From a virus: DNA of 64,000 nucleotides. Below are positions 50,536 through 58,572 of this stretch, in pieces. Made by a program: the position numbers and the translations under genes. The notes under the pieces were generated by a model. The model did not search any database, was not told where the DNA came from, and worked only from the letters and a program-made list of their open reading frames with translations. Where the stretch lies: the IMG/VR virus record IMGVR_UViG_3300046387_000246, positions 11,494 through 75,493 of that record; one strand, written 5' to 3'. Within the stretch, counting starts at the first letter, position 1; each line of letters opens with the position of its first letter.

Positions 50536-51353
50536 TGGCACAACCTAATTCAAAAGCAACATTAAAGGAGTTTGCTCTTCGTAGACTCGGTAAACCTGTA
50601 TTGGAAATAAATGTTTCTGATGATCAGGTAGATGATGCATTAGATTATACTATTGAAAAGTTTCAAGAATATCACTACGGTGGTTCTGAGAAGATGTATA
50701 TGAAGCATCAGTTTACTGCTGAAGATTTAGCTAGGTTCCAAGCAGATGAATCTACAACTGGTACTGATACTTTACAGGCAGGTAATACAGGAACTGTATT
50801 TAAAACACAGTCAAACTATTTGATAATGCCTGATCATATTCGGGCAGTGAATGGTATCTTTACTTTCCAAGATAAGGGTACTGCAAATATGTTTGATATT
50901 AGATATCAGTTACGTTTGAATGACCTGTTTGATTTTACATCAACACAGTTTCATCATTACTATATGATTCAGACACACCTTCAAACTATTAACTTCTTAC
51001 TAGAAGGAATGAAACCAACTAGGTTCAATGCTTCTAATGGTAAGTTGTTTATTGATATGGATGTTCTAACTGATGTTAGAGAAGGTGAGTTTGTTGTTAT
51101 GGAATGTGTCAGTGCTATTGATCCAGCTAACTGGACAAAAATATATAATATTATGTGGGTTAAAGATTATGCAACCGCAATGCTGAAGAAGCAATGGGGT
51201 CAAAATATGACTAAGTTTCAGAACGTTCAATTACCAGGTGGAGTTACTCTTAATGGTGAGAAGATTTATTCTGATGCTGTGACTGAATTAGAACAACTAG
51301 ATGAACAACTTCGTAACACATACGAAACTCCACCTATGGATATGATCGGCTAA
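50535..51353 (+). CDS. g13: Neck protein gp13
   Basis: LRRLG.PV.EINV..DQ..D, WVKDYATA..K.QWG.N..KF..VQLPGGVTLNG motifs. Confidence 0.95.
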   Translation: MAQPNSKATLKEFALRRLGKPVLEINVSDDQVDDALDYTIEKFQEYHYGGSEKMYMKHQFTAEDLARFQADESTTGTDTLQAGNTGTVFKTQSNYLIMPDHIRAVNGIFTFQDKGTANMFDIRYQLRLNDLFDFTSTQFHHYYMIQTHLQTINFLLEGMKPTRFNASNGKLFIDMDVLTDVREGEFVVMECVSAIDPANWTKIYNIMWVKDYATAMLKKQWGQNMTKFQNVQLPGGVTLNGEKIYSDAVTELEQLDEQLRNTYETPPMDMIG

Positions 51354-52219
51354 TGGCTACTAATTCTTATTTCACAATGGGAACTTCGGGGGAACAGAAC
51401 CTCGTTGGATCTCTAGTTAAAGAACAGATAAAAATGTTCGGTCAGGATGTGTATTACATTCCTAGAGTCATAGTGGATGAAGATCCTGCATTTGGTGAAG
51501 ACTCGATGTCTAAATTTGATGACGCATATATTATAGAAGCGTACTTAGAAAACGTACAAGGATTTGAAGGAGATGGAGATTTATACAGTAAGTTTGGTGT
51601 AAGGATATCTGATCAAGTTACATTTGTTATATCAAGGGATAGGTTCACAGAGTTAGTGGATGACAATACAACTCTAGTGGTTGAAGGTAGACCTAATGAA
51701 GGTGACTTAATTTACTTCCCTTTAGCATCTAAGTTATTCCAAATTCAATATGTAGAATATGAAACTCCTTTCTTCCAATTAGGTAAGATTCATACTTGGG
51801 GTTTGAAATGTGAACTCTTCGAGTTCAGCAACGAGAACTTCGATACAGGTGTGGATGCTATTGATGTAGTTGAAAGAAATTTCTCTACTACTATCACTCT
51901 AAATTTTGCAGAGGGTGGAAGTGGTACCTTTACTGCTGGTGAAACAATTGCAGGTGGTACATCTAATGTAACTGCTGAGGTTAAATCGTTTGATTCTACT
52001 ACAAGACAACTACAGATATACAACAGGTCTGGTATCTTTACAATTCCAGAAACCGTTACTGGACAGACATCTGGAGCAGCGTGGACAACCTCAAGTTATA
52101 ATACCCTAAATAATACTAACTCAGAGTTTGATCAAAATCAATTCTTTGAGACAGGTGGTGATGCAATACTTGACTTTAGTCAAGGCAATCCATTTGGTGA
52201 ATTCGGAGGCAAGAGTTAA
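51353..52219 (+). CDS. g14: Neck protein gp14
   Basis: EQ.L...L..EQIKMFG.DVYY.PR, SKFG, RPNEGDLIYFP, PFFQLGK and DFS..NPFG motifs. Confidence 0.95.
   Translation: MATNSYFTMGTSGEQNLVGSLVKEQIKMFGQDVYYIPRVIVDEDPAFGEDSMSKFDDAYIIEAYLENVQGFEGDGDLYSKFGVRISDQVTFVISRDRFTELVDDNTTLVVEGRPNEGDLIYFPLASKLFQIQYVEYETPFFQLGKIHTWGLKCELFEFSNENFDTGVDAIDVVERNFSTTITLNFAEGGSGTFTAGETIAGGTSNVTAEVKSFDSTTRQLQIYNRSGIFTIPETVTGQTSGAAWTTSSYNTLNNTNSEFDQNQFFETGGDAILDFSQGNPFGEFGGKS
52105..52112 (+). promoter_or_regulatory. Possible late promoter (CCTAAATA) for g15
   Basis: Late-box variant inside the 3' end of g14, about 106 nt upstream of g15. Confidence 0.4.
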
Positions 52220-53016
52220 TGTTAGGAACATATTCGTACAACGAAATATTTCGTAAGACTGTTATCGCATTTGGTACTATCTTCAATAACATTGAAGTAA
52301 AACGTCAGGCAACTGGTGCAGCAACTGAAGTTATGAAGGTACCTTTGGCATACGGTCCGAAGGATAAATTTCTAGCACGTTTGAATCAAACTGCTGATGC
52401 AAGTGATAGAACAACTCAAATTACTTTACCTCGTATTTCATTTGAAATATCTGGTTTCTCTTATGACACCACAAGGAAAGTAGCACCTACTCAGATCATA
52501 CGTCACGTAGATTCTACTGACAAAACAAGAAAGGCATTTATGCCTGTACCATATAATGTTGATTTTGAATTAGCAATTCTTGCTAAAAATCAAGATGATG
52601 GTTTACAGATTCTTGAACAGATCTTACCGATCTTCCAACCTATGTTCACAGTAACAATTAATTTGGTTGATTCTATTGGTGAGAAAAAAGATTTCCCAAT
52701 TGTTTTGAATGGGGTATCTTATGATGATGATTATGAAGGTGATTATACTACACGTAGAACCTTAATTTACACATTAACATTTTCTGCTAAGACATACTTA
52801 TACGGTCCTGTACCTGATGTCAGCAGCAAGATTATTAAGAAGTCAATTGTTGACACACATCTTAAGGTTGATACTACTGCATCTAGAGAAGTTAGATACA
52901 CAGTCACTCCAGACCCAGAGACTGCTGAGGCTGATGATAACTTCGGATTCAATGAAATTAAATCGGAATGGCAAGATGGAAAAGCCCGCAATCCAGTCAC
53001 AGGAACCGACGAGTAA
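52219..53016 (+). CDS. g15: Tail sheath stabiliser / tail terminator gp15
   Basis: FGTIFNNI, KVPLAYGPK.KFLARL, LPRISFE, PVPYN and QILEQILP.FQP motifs. Confidence 0.95.
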   Translation: MLGTYSYNEIFRKTVIAFGTIFNNIEVKRQATGAATEVMKVPLAYGPKDKFLARLNQTADASDRTTQITLPRISFEISGFSYDTTRKVAPTQIIRHVDSTDKTRKAFMPVPYNVDFELAILAKNQDDGLQILEQILPIFQPMFTVTINLVDSIGEKKDFPIVLNGVSYDDDYEGDYTTRRTLIYTLTFSAKTYLYGPVPDVSSKIIKKSIVDTHLKVDTTASREVRYTVTPDPETAEADDNFGFNEIKSEWQDGKARNPVTGTDE

Positions 53017-53407
53017 GTATGATGGTATAGAAACTGCACTTGATGTAGAAACTTCTATAACACCTACTGAAACTCAAGACATCTCTATGCAACAAGAACA
53101 AGTTGCAAAGGATTACGAGTATACTCGTGGCAATTTGTATTCTCTTATTGAAAAAGGACAAGAAGCAGTTGATGGTATTTTAGACCTAGCACAACAGTCA
53201 GATAGTCCTAGAGCATATGAAGTTGCAGGTAATATGATTAAAAACGTTGCAGACACAACTGATAAGTTAATGGATCTGCAAAAGAAATTGCAAGAAGTAG
53301 AAGCGGGACCTGTAGGTCCTTCTGCTAAAAACGTTACAAACAACACTATGTTTGTTGGTTCTACTGCTGAACTTGCAAAATTTCTTAAGTCCCAAAAGGA
53401 TAAATAG
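52976..53407 (+). CDS. g16: Terminase small subunit gp16 (start moved from 52817 to the ATG at 52976)
   Basis: DYEYTRGNLYSL, SPRAYEVA and TNNTMFVGSTAEL motifs. The ORF-track start overlaps g15 by 200 nt and is unlikely. Confidence 0.92.
   Translation: MEKPAIQSQEPTSKYDGIETALDVETSITPTETQDISMQQEQVAKDYEYTRGNLYSLIEKGQEAVDGILDLAQQSDSPRAYEVAGNMIKNVADTTDKLMDLQKKLQEVEAGPVGPSAKNVTNNTMFVGSTAELAKFLKSQKDK
53399..53406 (+). promoter_or_regulatory. T4-type late promoter (GATAAATA)
   Basis: Overlaps the 3' end of g16, 25 nt before the next ATG. Confidence 0.6.
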
Positions 53408-53431
53408 ATTAGTAAAAGGAATCAAGTCACA

Positions 53432-53971
53432 ATGTCAGTCTTAAATGTATTAGATACACAAACAGTGAACGGTTCAGCAACTGCATACATTGTGGTAAAA
53501 ACTGGTGTAGTACGTGCATATGCGGCTTCTGCATCTACCATCTCTTTTGATGGAGGTCCTGCCATAACTCTTGCTGCTGGTGAAGCGATTCTACTTTCTT
53601 GTGGAAAGTCAAAGAACGTTAGTGTAACTGCTGGAACTAACGCAAACGGTGCAGTGTTTACTGTAGGTGGATCTGGAGCAGGTCAACGTCATTCGTTCGC
53701 AGTTGGAGATTTTATACAAACCATAGATGGTGGAGATACAGATGGATTCGGTTCAGACTTTGAGTCTGCTGCTTCAGGAGGTAAGAAAGTCACTGCCTTC
53801 ACTAACACTACAATTACTACAGATGTTGATGCTTCTGGAGCTAGCGGTGCTTATGCGTTGTCTGCTGCCGATGCAACAGCAAATCTGGTACCATTAATTC
53901 AACGAACTGTTAAAATTGTTGCTGGCGGAAACAACGTTGTTGTTGAGCAAGTACAAGTCGTAGGTGGTTAA
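53432..53971 (+). CDS. Hypothetical protein, probably virion-associated (beta-rich, Gly/Ala/Thr-rich)
   Basis: 179-aa ORF with RBS (AAAGGA) and a late promoter; composition resembles the structural genes. Confidence 0.7.
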   Translation: MSVLNVLDTQTVNGSATAYIVVKTGVVRAYAASASTISFDGGPAITLAAGEAILLSCGKSKNVSVTAGTNANGAVFTVGGSGAGQRHSFAVGDFIQTIDGGDTDGFGSDFESAASGGKKVTAFTNTTITTDVDASGASGAYALSAADATANLVPLIQRTVKIVAGGNNVVVEQVQVVGG

Positions 53972-54622
53972 ATGAACGACGATAGACTTAAAAAACAAAA
54001 ACAGTTTATTGATAAGAAGCAACTAATGCTTAACTTTCGTAAGCTTAGACTTCAAAGAAAGGCTGTAGCAGGTAAGCAAGAGACTGATATGATGTTACAA
54101 ACACAATCATTTAAGATTCAATCCTTTGGTCAGTTCATTACTGAAGGTGGTTTAGCACGTGCTATTGATAAGTCTAAGAAGAAAGTTACTGGTCACATCA
54201 GTGCTGACAGAGGTTCTGACGAAGGAAAGAATCGTGAGAAGCGTAAAGGACTAGAGAAAGATCTTAAGAAGAAGGGTATCGGATATAAGAAGGGTGTGGG
54301 ACAGTACAAGTATGACGATGGTAAAACTGGCACAGAGGTTTCCTATCACACATCAAAACCTGATAAAATGTCGAAACGTCGTTTCGGAAAGATTTCCAGA
54401 CGACTTGGTAGAAAACACGGACAAGAGTCTGTGATTACGAAAGACAAAGCGAAACCTGCAAAATTACACTATACTGATAAGAGTGGTAAGAAATCCGAGT
54501 CTATCGGTAAAACTAAAGCTGGAAAGCATCCTGGTGGATATGGTGAAACATCTTCTACTAACGTGCGTTCTGGTAAACTTCCTAAAAAAGTAAAGGACAA
54601 AAAACTACATTATGACAACTGA
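53972..54622 (+). CDS. Lys-rich hypothetical protein with a capsid-targeting-like motif (possible internal head protein)
   Basis: Contains KIQSFGQFITE|G followed by a very basic domain (ISADRG...LG.K.GQESVI). Confidence 0.7.
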   Translation: MNDDRLKKQKQFIDKKQLMLNFRKLRLQRKAVAGKQETDMMLQTQSFKIQSFGQFITEGGLARAIDKSKKKVTGHISADRGSDEGKNREKRKGLEKDLKKKGIGYKKGVGQYKYDDGKTGTEVSYHTSKPDKMSKRRFGKISRRLGRKHGQESVITKDKAKPAKLHYTDKSGKKSESIGKTKAGKHPGGYGETSSTNVRSGKLPKKVKDKKLHYDN

Positions 54623-54854
54623 ATACGATTGGGATGATTCCAATTGGAGGGAGGAAGAGAAATCTTTCACCACCGATAAACGTTATCTTGAACTATTAGA
54701 GAACGGACCTAAGAGTCTGTCTCAGTCTTGGATCCTTCAGGCACTTCATCAAAAATGGATGCGTCGGAATGGATATAAATATCCAGACACCGAAAACAAA
54801 GGACAACTGCAATCATCATTTAAGGAGTGGAACGATGGAACAACTAAAGTGTAA
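54612..54854 (+). CDS. Hypothetical protein (80 aa)
   Basis: ORF overlaps the previous stop; contains WREE...ELLENGPKSLSQSW and GQLQSSFKEW. Confidence 0.75.
   Translation: MTTEYDWDDSNWREEEKSFTTDKRYLELLENGPKSLSQSWILQALHQKWMRRNGYKYPDTENKGQLQSSFKEWNDGTTKV
54774..54781 (+). promoter_or_regulatory. T4-type late promoter (TATAAATA)
   Basis: Perfect consensus 53 nt upstream of the ATG at 54835. Confidence 0.55.
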
Positions 54855-54978
54855 ATACTGTGGACTCATTGTTCCTAGCAGTAAACCAAATCCTCATAAG
54901 TGGTTAGTGAGACACGAGATGAATTGTGCTCGTAACCCAAATAACAATAAAACCAACGGTCCTATAGGAACTGAGTAA
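54835..54978 (+). CDS. Small C2HC zinc-finger-like protein (47 aa; start moved to 54835)
   Basis: TAAGGAG RBS before the ATG; CKYC...HEMNC motif. Confidence 0.7.
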   Translation: MEQLKCKYCGLIVPSSKPNPHKWLVRHEMNCARNPNNNKTNGPIGTE

Positions 54979-55136
54979 TGGGATTACCAGACAGGACACA
55001 AAAGATCTTTGATAAGGTCTTTGCTTGGGATAGAGACCTTGCAAAAAAACTACAAACTAAGTTTAACTTGACAGATTACCAGATGCTATGCTTAGCTTTT
55101 GGTAAGGGTATCATCATAGGAGCAATACTTCTGTAA
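54978..55136 (+). CDS. Small membrane-anchored hypothetical protein (52 aa), absent from the ORF track
   Basis: MGLPDRTQKIFDKVFAWDRDLAKKLQTKFNLTDYQMLCLAFGKGIIIGAILL; TAATG coupling to the previous gene; hydrophobic C-terminus. Confidence 0.75.
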   Translation: MGLPDRTQKIFDKVFAWDRDLAKKLQTKFNLTDYQMLCLAFGKGIIIGAILL

Positions 55137-55144
55137 CAGGATAA

Positions 55145-55152
55145 ACTAAATA
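55145..55152 (+). promoter_or_regulatory. T4-type late promoter (ACTAAATA)
   Basis: Intergenic and only 5 nt before the ATG at 55158, so the mRNA would be nearly leaderless. Confidence 0.55.
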
Positions 55153-55157
55153 TCATT

Positions 55158-55463
55158 ATGAATTCAGATCCAAAACGCTATTATACGAAGGCAGAAGTTG
55201 ATGCATTGATAGCAGCAACCATTGCAGAAGCAAGAGAAATCGATGAAGCTTCAATGGCAAAACATAACCGAGAAGCTACTATCATTAGTATGATTCTCGG
55301 TTTTACTACATTAGCATTGTTTATCGATGGGCTGTTGAGAATCCTTGGTATCATTCCTCCTTTTATGGATTTGGATGTAAACGTAATTGATGATATAATA
55401 GATAAGGTAAAGGATGATCTCATTCCAATCATAGAATCATCTAAGAACATTATTAGGAGGTAG
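55158..55463 (+). CDS. Hypothetical membrane protein (101 aa)
   Basis: Hydrophobic segment TIISMILGFTTLALFIDGLLRILGIIPPF. Confidence 0.8.
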   Translation: MNSDPKRYYTKAEVDALIAATIAEAREIDEASMAKHNREATIISMILGFTTLALFIDGLLRILGIIPPFMDLDVNVIDDIIDKVKDDLIPIIESSKNIIRR

Positions 55464-55467
55464 ACCT

Positions 55468-55746
55468 GTGTCTACAAGAACTGAAAAGAGACGCAACCAA
55501 ATTAAGTCTCGCTTTTATTATTACTTTTGGGGTATCGCAACTATTGCAGTTGTCTCTGGACAATGGTATGTTGGGAGTGGTTATCGTCAGATGTCCAAGT
55601 CTGTAAATAGAATCCTTGATGCTACTATCACGATCTTGGAATACGAAGCACCAAAACCAAAGGGTAGATATTACCCATATATTCCCTCACCGTCTCCCGA
55701 CACTAAATACCTCAGTGGAACAAGATCGTCGTTATCAGAACATTAA
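55468..55746 (+). CDS. Hypothetical single-TM protein (92 aa)
   Basis: GTG start after an AGGAGG RBS; basic N-terminus followed by FYYYFWGIATIAVVSG. Confidence 0.7.
   Translation: MSTRTEKRRNQIKSRFYYYFWGIATIAVVSGQWYVGSGYRQMSKSVNRILDATITILEYEAPKPKGRYYPYIPSPSPDTKYLSGTRSSLSEH
55702..55709 (+). promoter_or_regulatory. Possible late promoter (ACTAAATA)
   Basis: 5 nt upstream of the in-frame GTG at 55715. Confidence 0.45.
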
Positions 55747-55927
55747 GTCTCTCTATGAACTTTATGAAGAAAACTACAAACTACAAGATATGATTCAAAT
55801 CTACCAAGAAGAGATCAGTAAACTTGTTATCGAAAAAGAGAAGTTGCTTACAGAAGTAACCTTTCTACGACAGCAATTAAGTTTCAAAACTTTAGGAAAT
55901 GATGAAACTAAAAAAGACCCCGATTAA
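55715..55927 (+). CDS. Coiled-coil hypothetical protein (~70 aa; start uncertain)
   Basis: Heptad-rich ENYKLQDMIQIYQEEISKL..EK..L..EV.FLRQQL. The start was placed at a GTG next to the late box. Confidence 0.65.
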   Translation: MEQDRRYQNIKSLYELYEENYKLQDMIQIYQEEISKLVIEKEKLLTEVTFLRQQLSFKTLGNDETKKDPD

Positions 55928-55939
55928 AGGGTCTTTTTT
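55910..55939. terminator. Bidirectional rho-independent terminator
   Basis: AAAAAAGACCC-CGATTAAA-GGGTCTTTTTT, with A/T tracts on both sides, between converging genes. Confidence 0.85.
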
Positions 55940-55959
55940 ATTGGTTTTATTTCATTGGT

Positions 55960-56118
55960 TTAGAGCAGTACTTCTCTGCATATACGTTTACAGGTCGGTT
56001 GGTTGTCCTCGCATTCGATTAGGCATTGGAAATAATCGTTCATATTATCTTCGAAACATAAGTCGGTCTCTACTATGTGGTTCCAGTCTGCCATTTGATT
56101 GCGTGGAAAATTCTTCAT
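55960..56118 (-). CDS. Small Cys-rich protein (52 aa; DYFQCLIECED...CKRICREVL); the main minus-strand gene
   Basis: GGAG RBS before the ATG at 56118, its own minus-strand late promoter, a convergent terminator, and a CxxxC..CxxxC motif. Confidence 0.8.
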   Translation of the reverse strand: MKNFPRNQMADWNHIVETDLCFEDNMNDYFQCLIECEDNQPTCKRICREVLL

Positions 56119-56165
56119 TCGATACTCCGTACTGTGGACAACATTACCAAAAGGTTTGGGGACAT
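56115..56165 (-). CDS. Putative 16-aa leader ORF (MSPNLLVMLSTVRSIE)
   Basis: GAGG RBS 6 nt upstream; the stop codon overlaps the downstream start as ATGA. Confidence 0.4.
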   Translation of the reverse strand: MSPNLLVMLSTVRSIE

Positions 56166-56187
56166 AATTCCCTCGTTGCAACTGATT

Positions 56188-56195
56188 TATTTATA
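56188..56195 (-). promoter_or_regulatory. T4-type late promoter (TATAAATA) on the minus strand
   Basis: The plus strand reads TATTTATA; perfect consensus upstream of the minus-strand gene. Confidence 0.75.
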
Positions 56196-56231
56196 TGGAA
56201 ATCAACACAACTATGGATTTATGTGTAGTAT

Positions 56232-56239
56232 AATAAATA
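56232..56239 (+). promoter_or_regulatory. T4-type late promoter (AATAAATA), divergent from the minus-strand promoter
   Basis: Intergenic, 23 nt before the ATG at 56263. Confidence 0.55.
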
Positions 56240-56262
56240 CCTACTAACAAATACCTAGTGCT

Positions 56263-56436
56263 ATGATTGTCTGGGGTGTAATTTGGATGGTTGCGATATT
56301 ATTGGTAATTGTGTCTTGGTATATCTACTATATACTTCGTATGGCTTATGCGGAGATGAACGATGGGAGCAATGGTTCCACCGAGTCGGAAGAGTTGTTA
56401 CAACTTCCGAGTGACAGAGATAAACAAAGTAGTTGA
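56263..56436 (+). CDS. Small single-TM hypothetical protein (57 aa), absent from the ORF track
   Basis: MIVWGVIWMVAILLVIVSWYIYYILRMAYAEMNDGSNG...; overlaps the 5' end of the nuclease gene by 74 nt. Confidence 0.65.
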   Translation: MIVWGVIWMVAILLVIVSWYIYYILRMAYAEMNDGSNGSTESEELLQLPSDRDKQSS

Positions 56437-56857
56437 TGGTGATACCATTGACGTAACAATCGATCTAGGATTTGATCTTTATAAAAAAGAAAGGGTTCGC
56501 ATAGCTGGTATTGACACTCCTGAGAAAAGGACTAGAGATTTAGAAGAGAAAGAGTTAGGTATCGATGCAACTAACTGGATGAAAGGTACATTGGAGGATA
56601 CAATAAATGGAGATGACGAACTCACTATACGAACTGAACTTAAGGGTGGTGTGGGTAAGTACGGTAGGCTTCTTGGCTGGTTATATGTTGGCGAAAGCGA
56701 TGTATCGTTGAACGAACAGATGATCACCGAAGGGTATGCTTGGGCTTACGATGGAGGTACAAAGAAAAAAAACTTCCAAGAACTAAAAGATATCCGTGCT
56801 GCTCTAGGTACATATGATATTGTAAGACCAGACGGTACGCACGAAATAAATGGCTGA
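56363..56857 (+). CDS. Staphylococcal nuclease-like (SNase/thermonuclease) endonuclease
   Basis: VVDGDTIDV, RVRIAGIDTPE, GKYGRLLG and LNEQMI.EGYA..Y motifs. Confidence 0.9.
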   Translation: MGAMVPPSRKSCYNFRVTEINKVVDGDTIDVTIDLGFDLYKKERVRIAGIDTPEKRTRDLEEKELGIDATNWMKGTLEDTINGDDELTIRTELKGGVGKYGRLLGWLYVGESDVSLNEQMITEGYAWAYDGGTKKKNFQELKDIRAALGTYDIVRPDGTHEING

Positions 56858-58511
56858 TAACCAGATATACCTCGGTAACCCGAATCTAAAGAAAGCAAAT
56901 GTAATGACAAACTTCACACCTAAACAGGTGAAGGAGTTTATCAAGTGCAGCCAAGATCCTATCTACTTTATTAGAAAGTATATTAAGATTGTGTCTTTGG
57001 ATGAGGGTGTCATACCTTTTGATATGTACGATTTCCAAGAGGAAATGGTTACGAGTTTCCACGAGAATAGATTTAATATTGCAAAGTTACCTCGTCAGTC
57101 TGGTAAGTCCACTGTTGTTACTTCCTATCTTTTATGGTATGTAATTTTTACACCTAACGTCAATGTCGCAATCCTCGCAAACAAAGCCCCGACTGCTAGA
57201 GAGATGTTGGGACGTTTACAGCTCAGTTATGAGAACCTTCCTAAATGGATGCAGCAAGGTATTATTGGTTGGAACAAGGGGTCAGTCGAATTGGAGAACG
57301 GATCTCGTCTCCTTGCTTCATCTACTTCTGCTTCTGCTGTTCGTGGGATGTCCTTTAATATTATCTTCCTTGATGAGTTTGCGTTCGTTCCGAATAATAT
57401 TGCTGAACAGTTCTTTGCTTCTGTTTACCCTACTATCTCATCTGGTAAATCAACAAAAGTTATTGTCATCTCTACTCCACACGGAATGAATCTTTACTAT
57501 AAGATTTGGCACGATGCAGAGAGAGGAAAGAATGAATATAAACATACAGAGGTTCACTGGTCACAGGTACCAGGTCGAGATCAGAAATGGAAAGAACAAA
57601 CTATTGCAAACACTTCAGCTGAACAGTTTCAGGTTGAGTTTGAATGTGAATTCTTAGGGTCAGTAGATACTCTTATATCTGCAAGTAAACTTAGAACACT
57701 TGCATATGATGATCCTATTACTTCACAAAATGGATTGGATGTATATACTGAACCAGTACAAGATCACAATTATACTATTACAGTTGACGTTGCTCGTGGT
57801 ATTGATAAGGATTACAGTGCCTTTGCTGTATTTGATACTACTACAGTTCCATATAAATTAGTTGCCAAGTATAAGAACAGTACTATTAAACCCCTCCTAT
57901 TCCCAGATATCATATACAAAGTTGCTACTGCATACAATCAAGCATATGTATTAGTAGAAGTAAATGATGTGGGAGCTCAGGTATCTGATATCCTCCAGTT
58001 TGATTTGGAATATGAGAACTTATTGATGTGTGCTATGAGAGGTAGAGCAGGTCAAGTAGTAGGACAAGGGTTCTCTGGTGGTAAAGTGCAACTAGGTGTT
58101 AAGATGAGTTCTACTGTTAAGAAGGTAGGTTGTTCTAACTTAAAAGGATTGATAGAAGACGATAAGATAATCATTAATGATTACGATATTATATCTGAGC
58201 TGACTACATTTATTCAGAAAGGTTCATCTTGGCAAGCAGAAGATGGATGTAATGATGACCTTGCTATGTGCTTGGTTATATTTGCTTGGCTCAGTGTTCA
58301 GGATTACTTTAAAGAACTACACGATAATGATGTAAGGAAACGTATGTATGAAGAACAACGTGAAGCTATCGATGCAGATATGGCTCCCTTTGGTTTTATT
58401 AGTGACGGTATGGAAGAAGAAACCTTTGTTGATAAAGAAGGAGATGTATGGTCAGCAGCAAAGAGTGGAGATGAGTATGGAGAACGAACATTTATGTGGG
58501 AGTACCGCTAA
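56850..58511 (+). CDS. g17: Terminase large subunit gp17
   Basis: YLGNPNLK, Walker A PRQSGKST, Walker B IIFLDEFAF, ISTPHG, and nuclease motifs TVDVARG / DDLAM. Confidence 0.97.
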   Translation: MADNQIYLGNPNLKKANVMTNFTPKQVKEFIKCSQDPIYFIRKYIKIVSLDEGVIPFDMYDFQEEMVTSFHENRFNIAKLPRQSGKSTVVTSYLLWYVIFTPNVNVAILANKAPTAREMLGRLQLSYENLPKWMQQGIIGWNKGSVELENGSRLLASSTSASAVRGMSFNIIFLDEFAFVPNNIAEQFFASVYPTISSGKSTKVIVISTPHGMNLYYKIWHDAERGKNEYKHTEVHWSQVPGRDQKWKEQTIANTSAEQFQVEFECEFLGSVDTLISASKLRTLAYDDPITSQNGLDVYTEPVQDHNYTITVDVARGIDKDYSAFAVFDTTTVPYKLVAKYKNSTIKPLLFPDIIYKVATAYNQAYVLVEVNDVGAQVSDILQFDLEYENLLMCAMRGRAGQVVGQGFSGGKVQLGVKMSSTVKKVGCSNLKGLIEDDKIIINDYDIISELTTFIQKGSSWQAEDGCNDDLAMCLVIFAWLSVQDYFKELHDNDVRKRMYEEQREAIDADMAPFGFISDGMEEETFVDKEGDVWSAAKSGDEYGERTFMWEYR

Positions 58512-58523
58512 AAGGTAGGAATT

Positions 58524-58531
58524 CATAAATA
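58524..58531 (+). promoter_or_regulatory. T4-type late promoter (CATAAATA)
   Basis: Intergenic before g18, followed by an AGGAG RBS. Confidence 0.7.
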
Positions 58532-58572
58532 ATTTCAAGACTAATTGAAAGCAATTTCAGGAGATTTAAGCA

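Noticed and set aside
52817-52975. 53-aa N-terminal extension of gp16 given by the ORF track
   Set aside because: It lies inside g15 in another frame; the ATG at 52976 gives a normal-sized gp16.
55960-56118. CP12 assignment for the Cys-rich peptide
   Set aside because: It lacks the CP12 AWD.VEEL core and the C-terminal C...P...EC..Y(D/E) motif.
56119-56187. Known cyanophage riboswitch or ncRNA (glutamine riboswitch, wcaG, manA, PhotoRC) in the minus-strand leader
   Set aside because: I could not match it to the consensus features I remember. An Infernal/Rfam scan would be needed to decide.
55899-56228. 109-aa plus-strand ORF
   Set aside because: It runs through the terminator and is antisense to the better supported minus-strand gene, which has a promoter and RBS.
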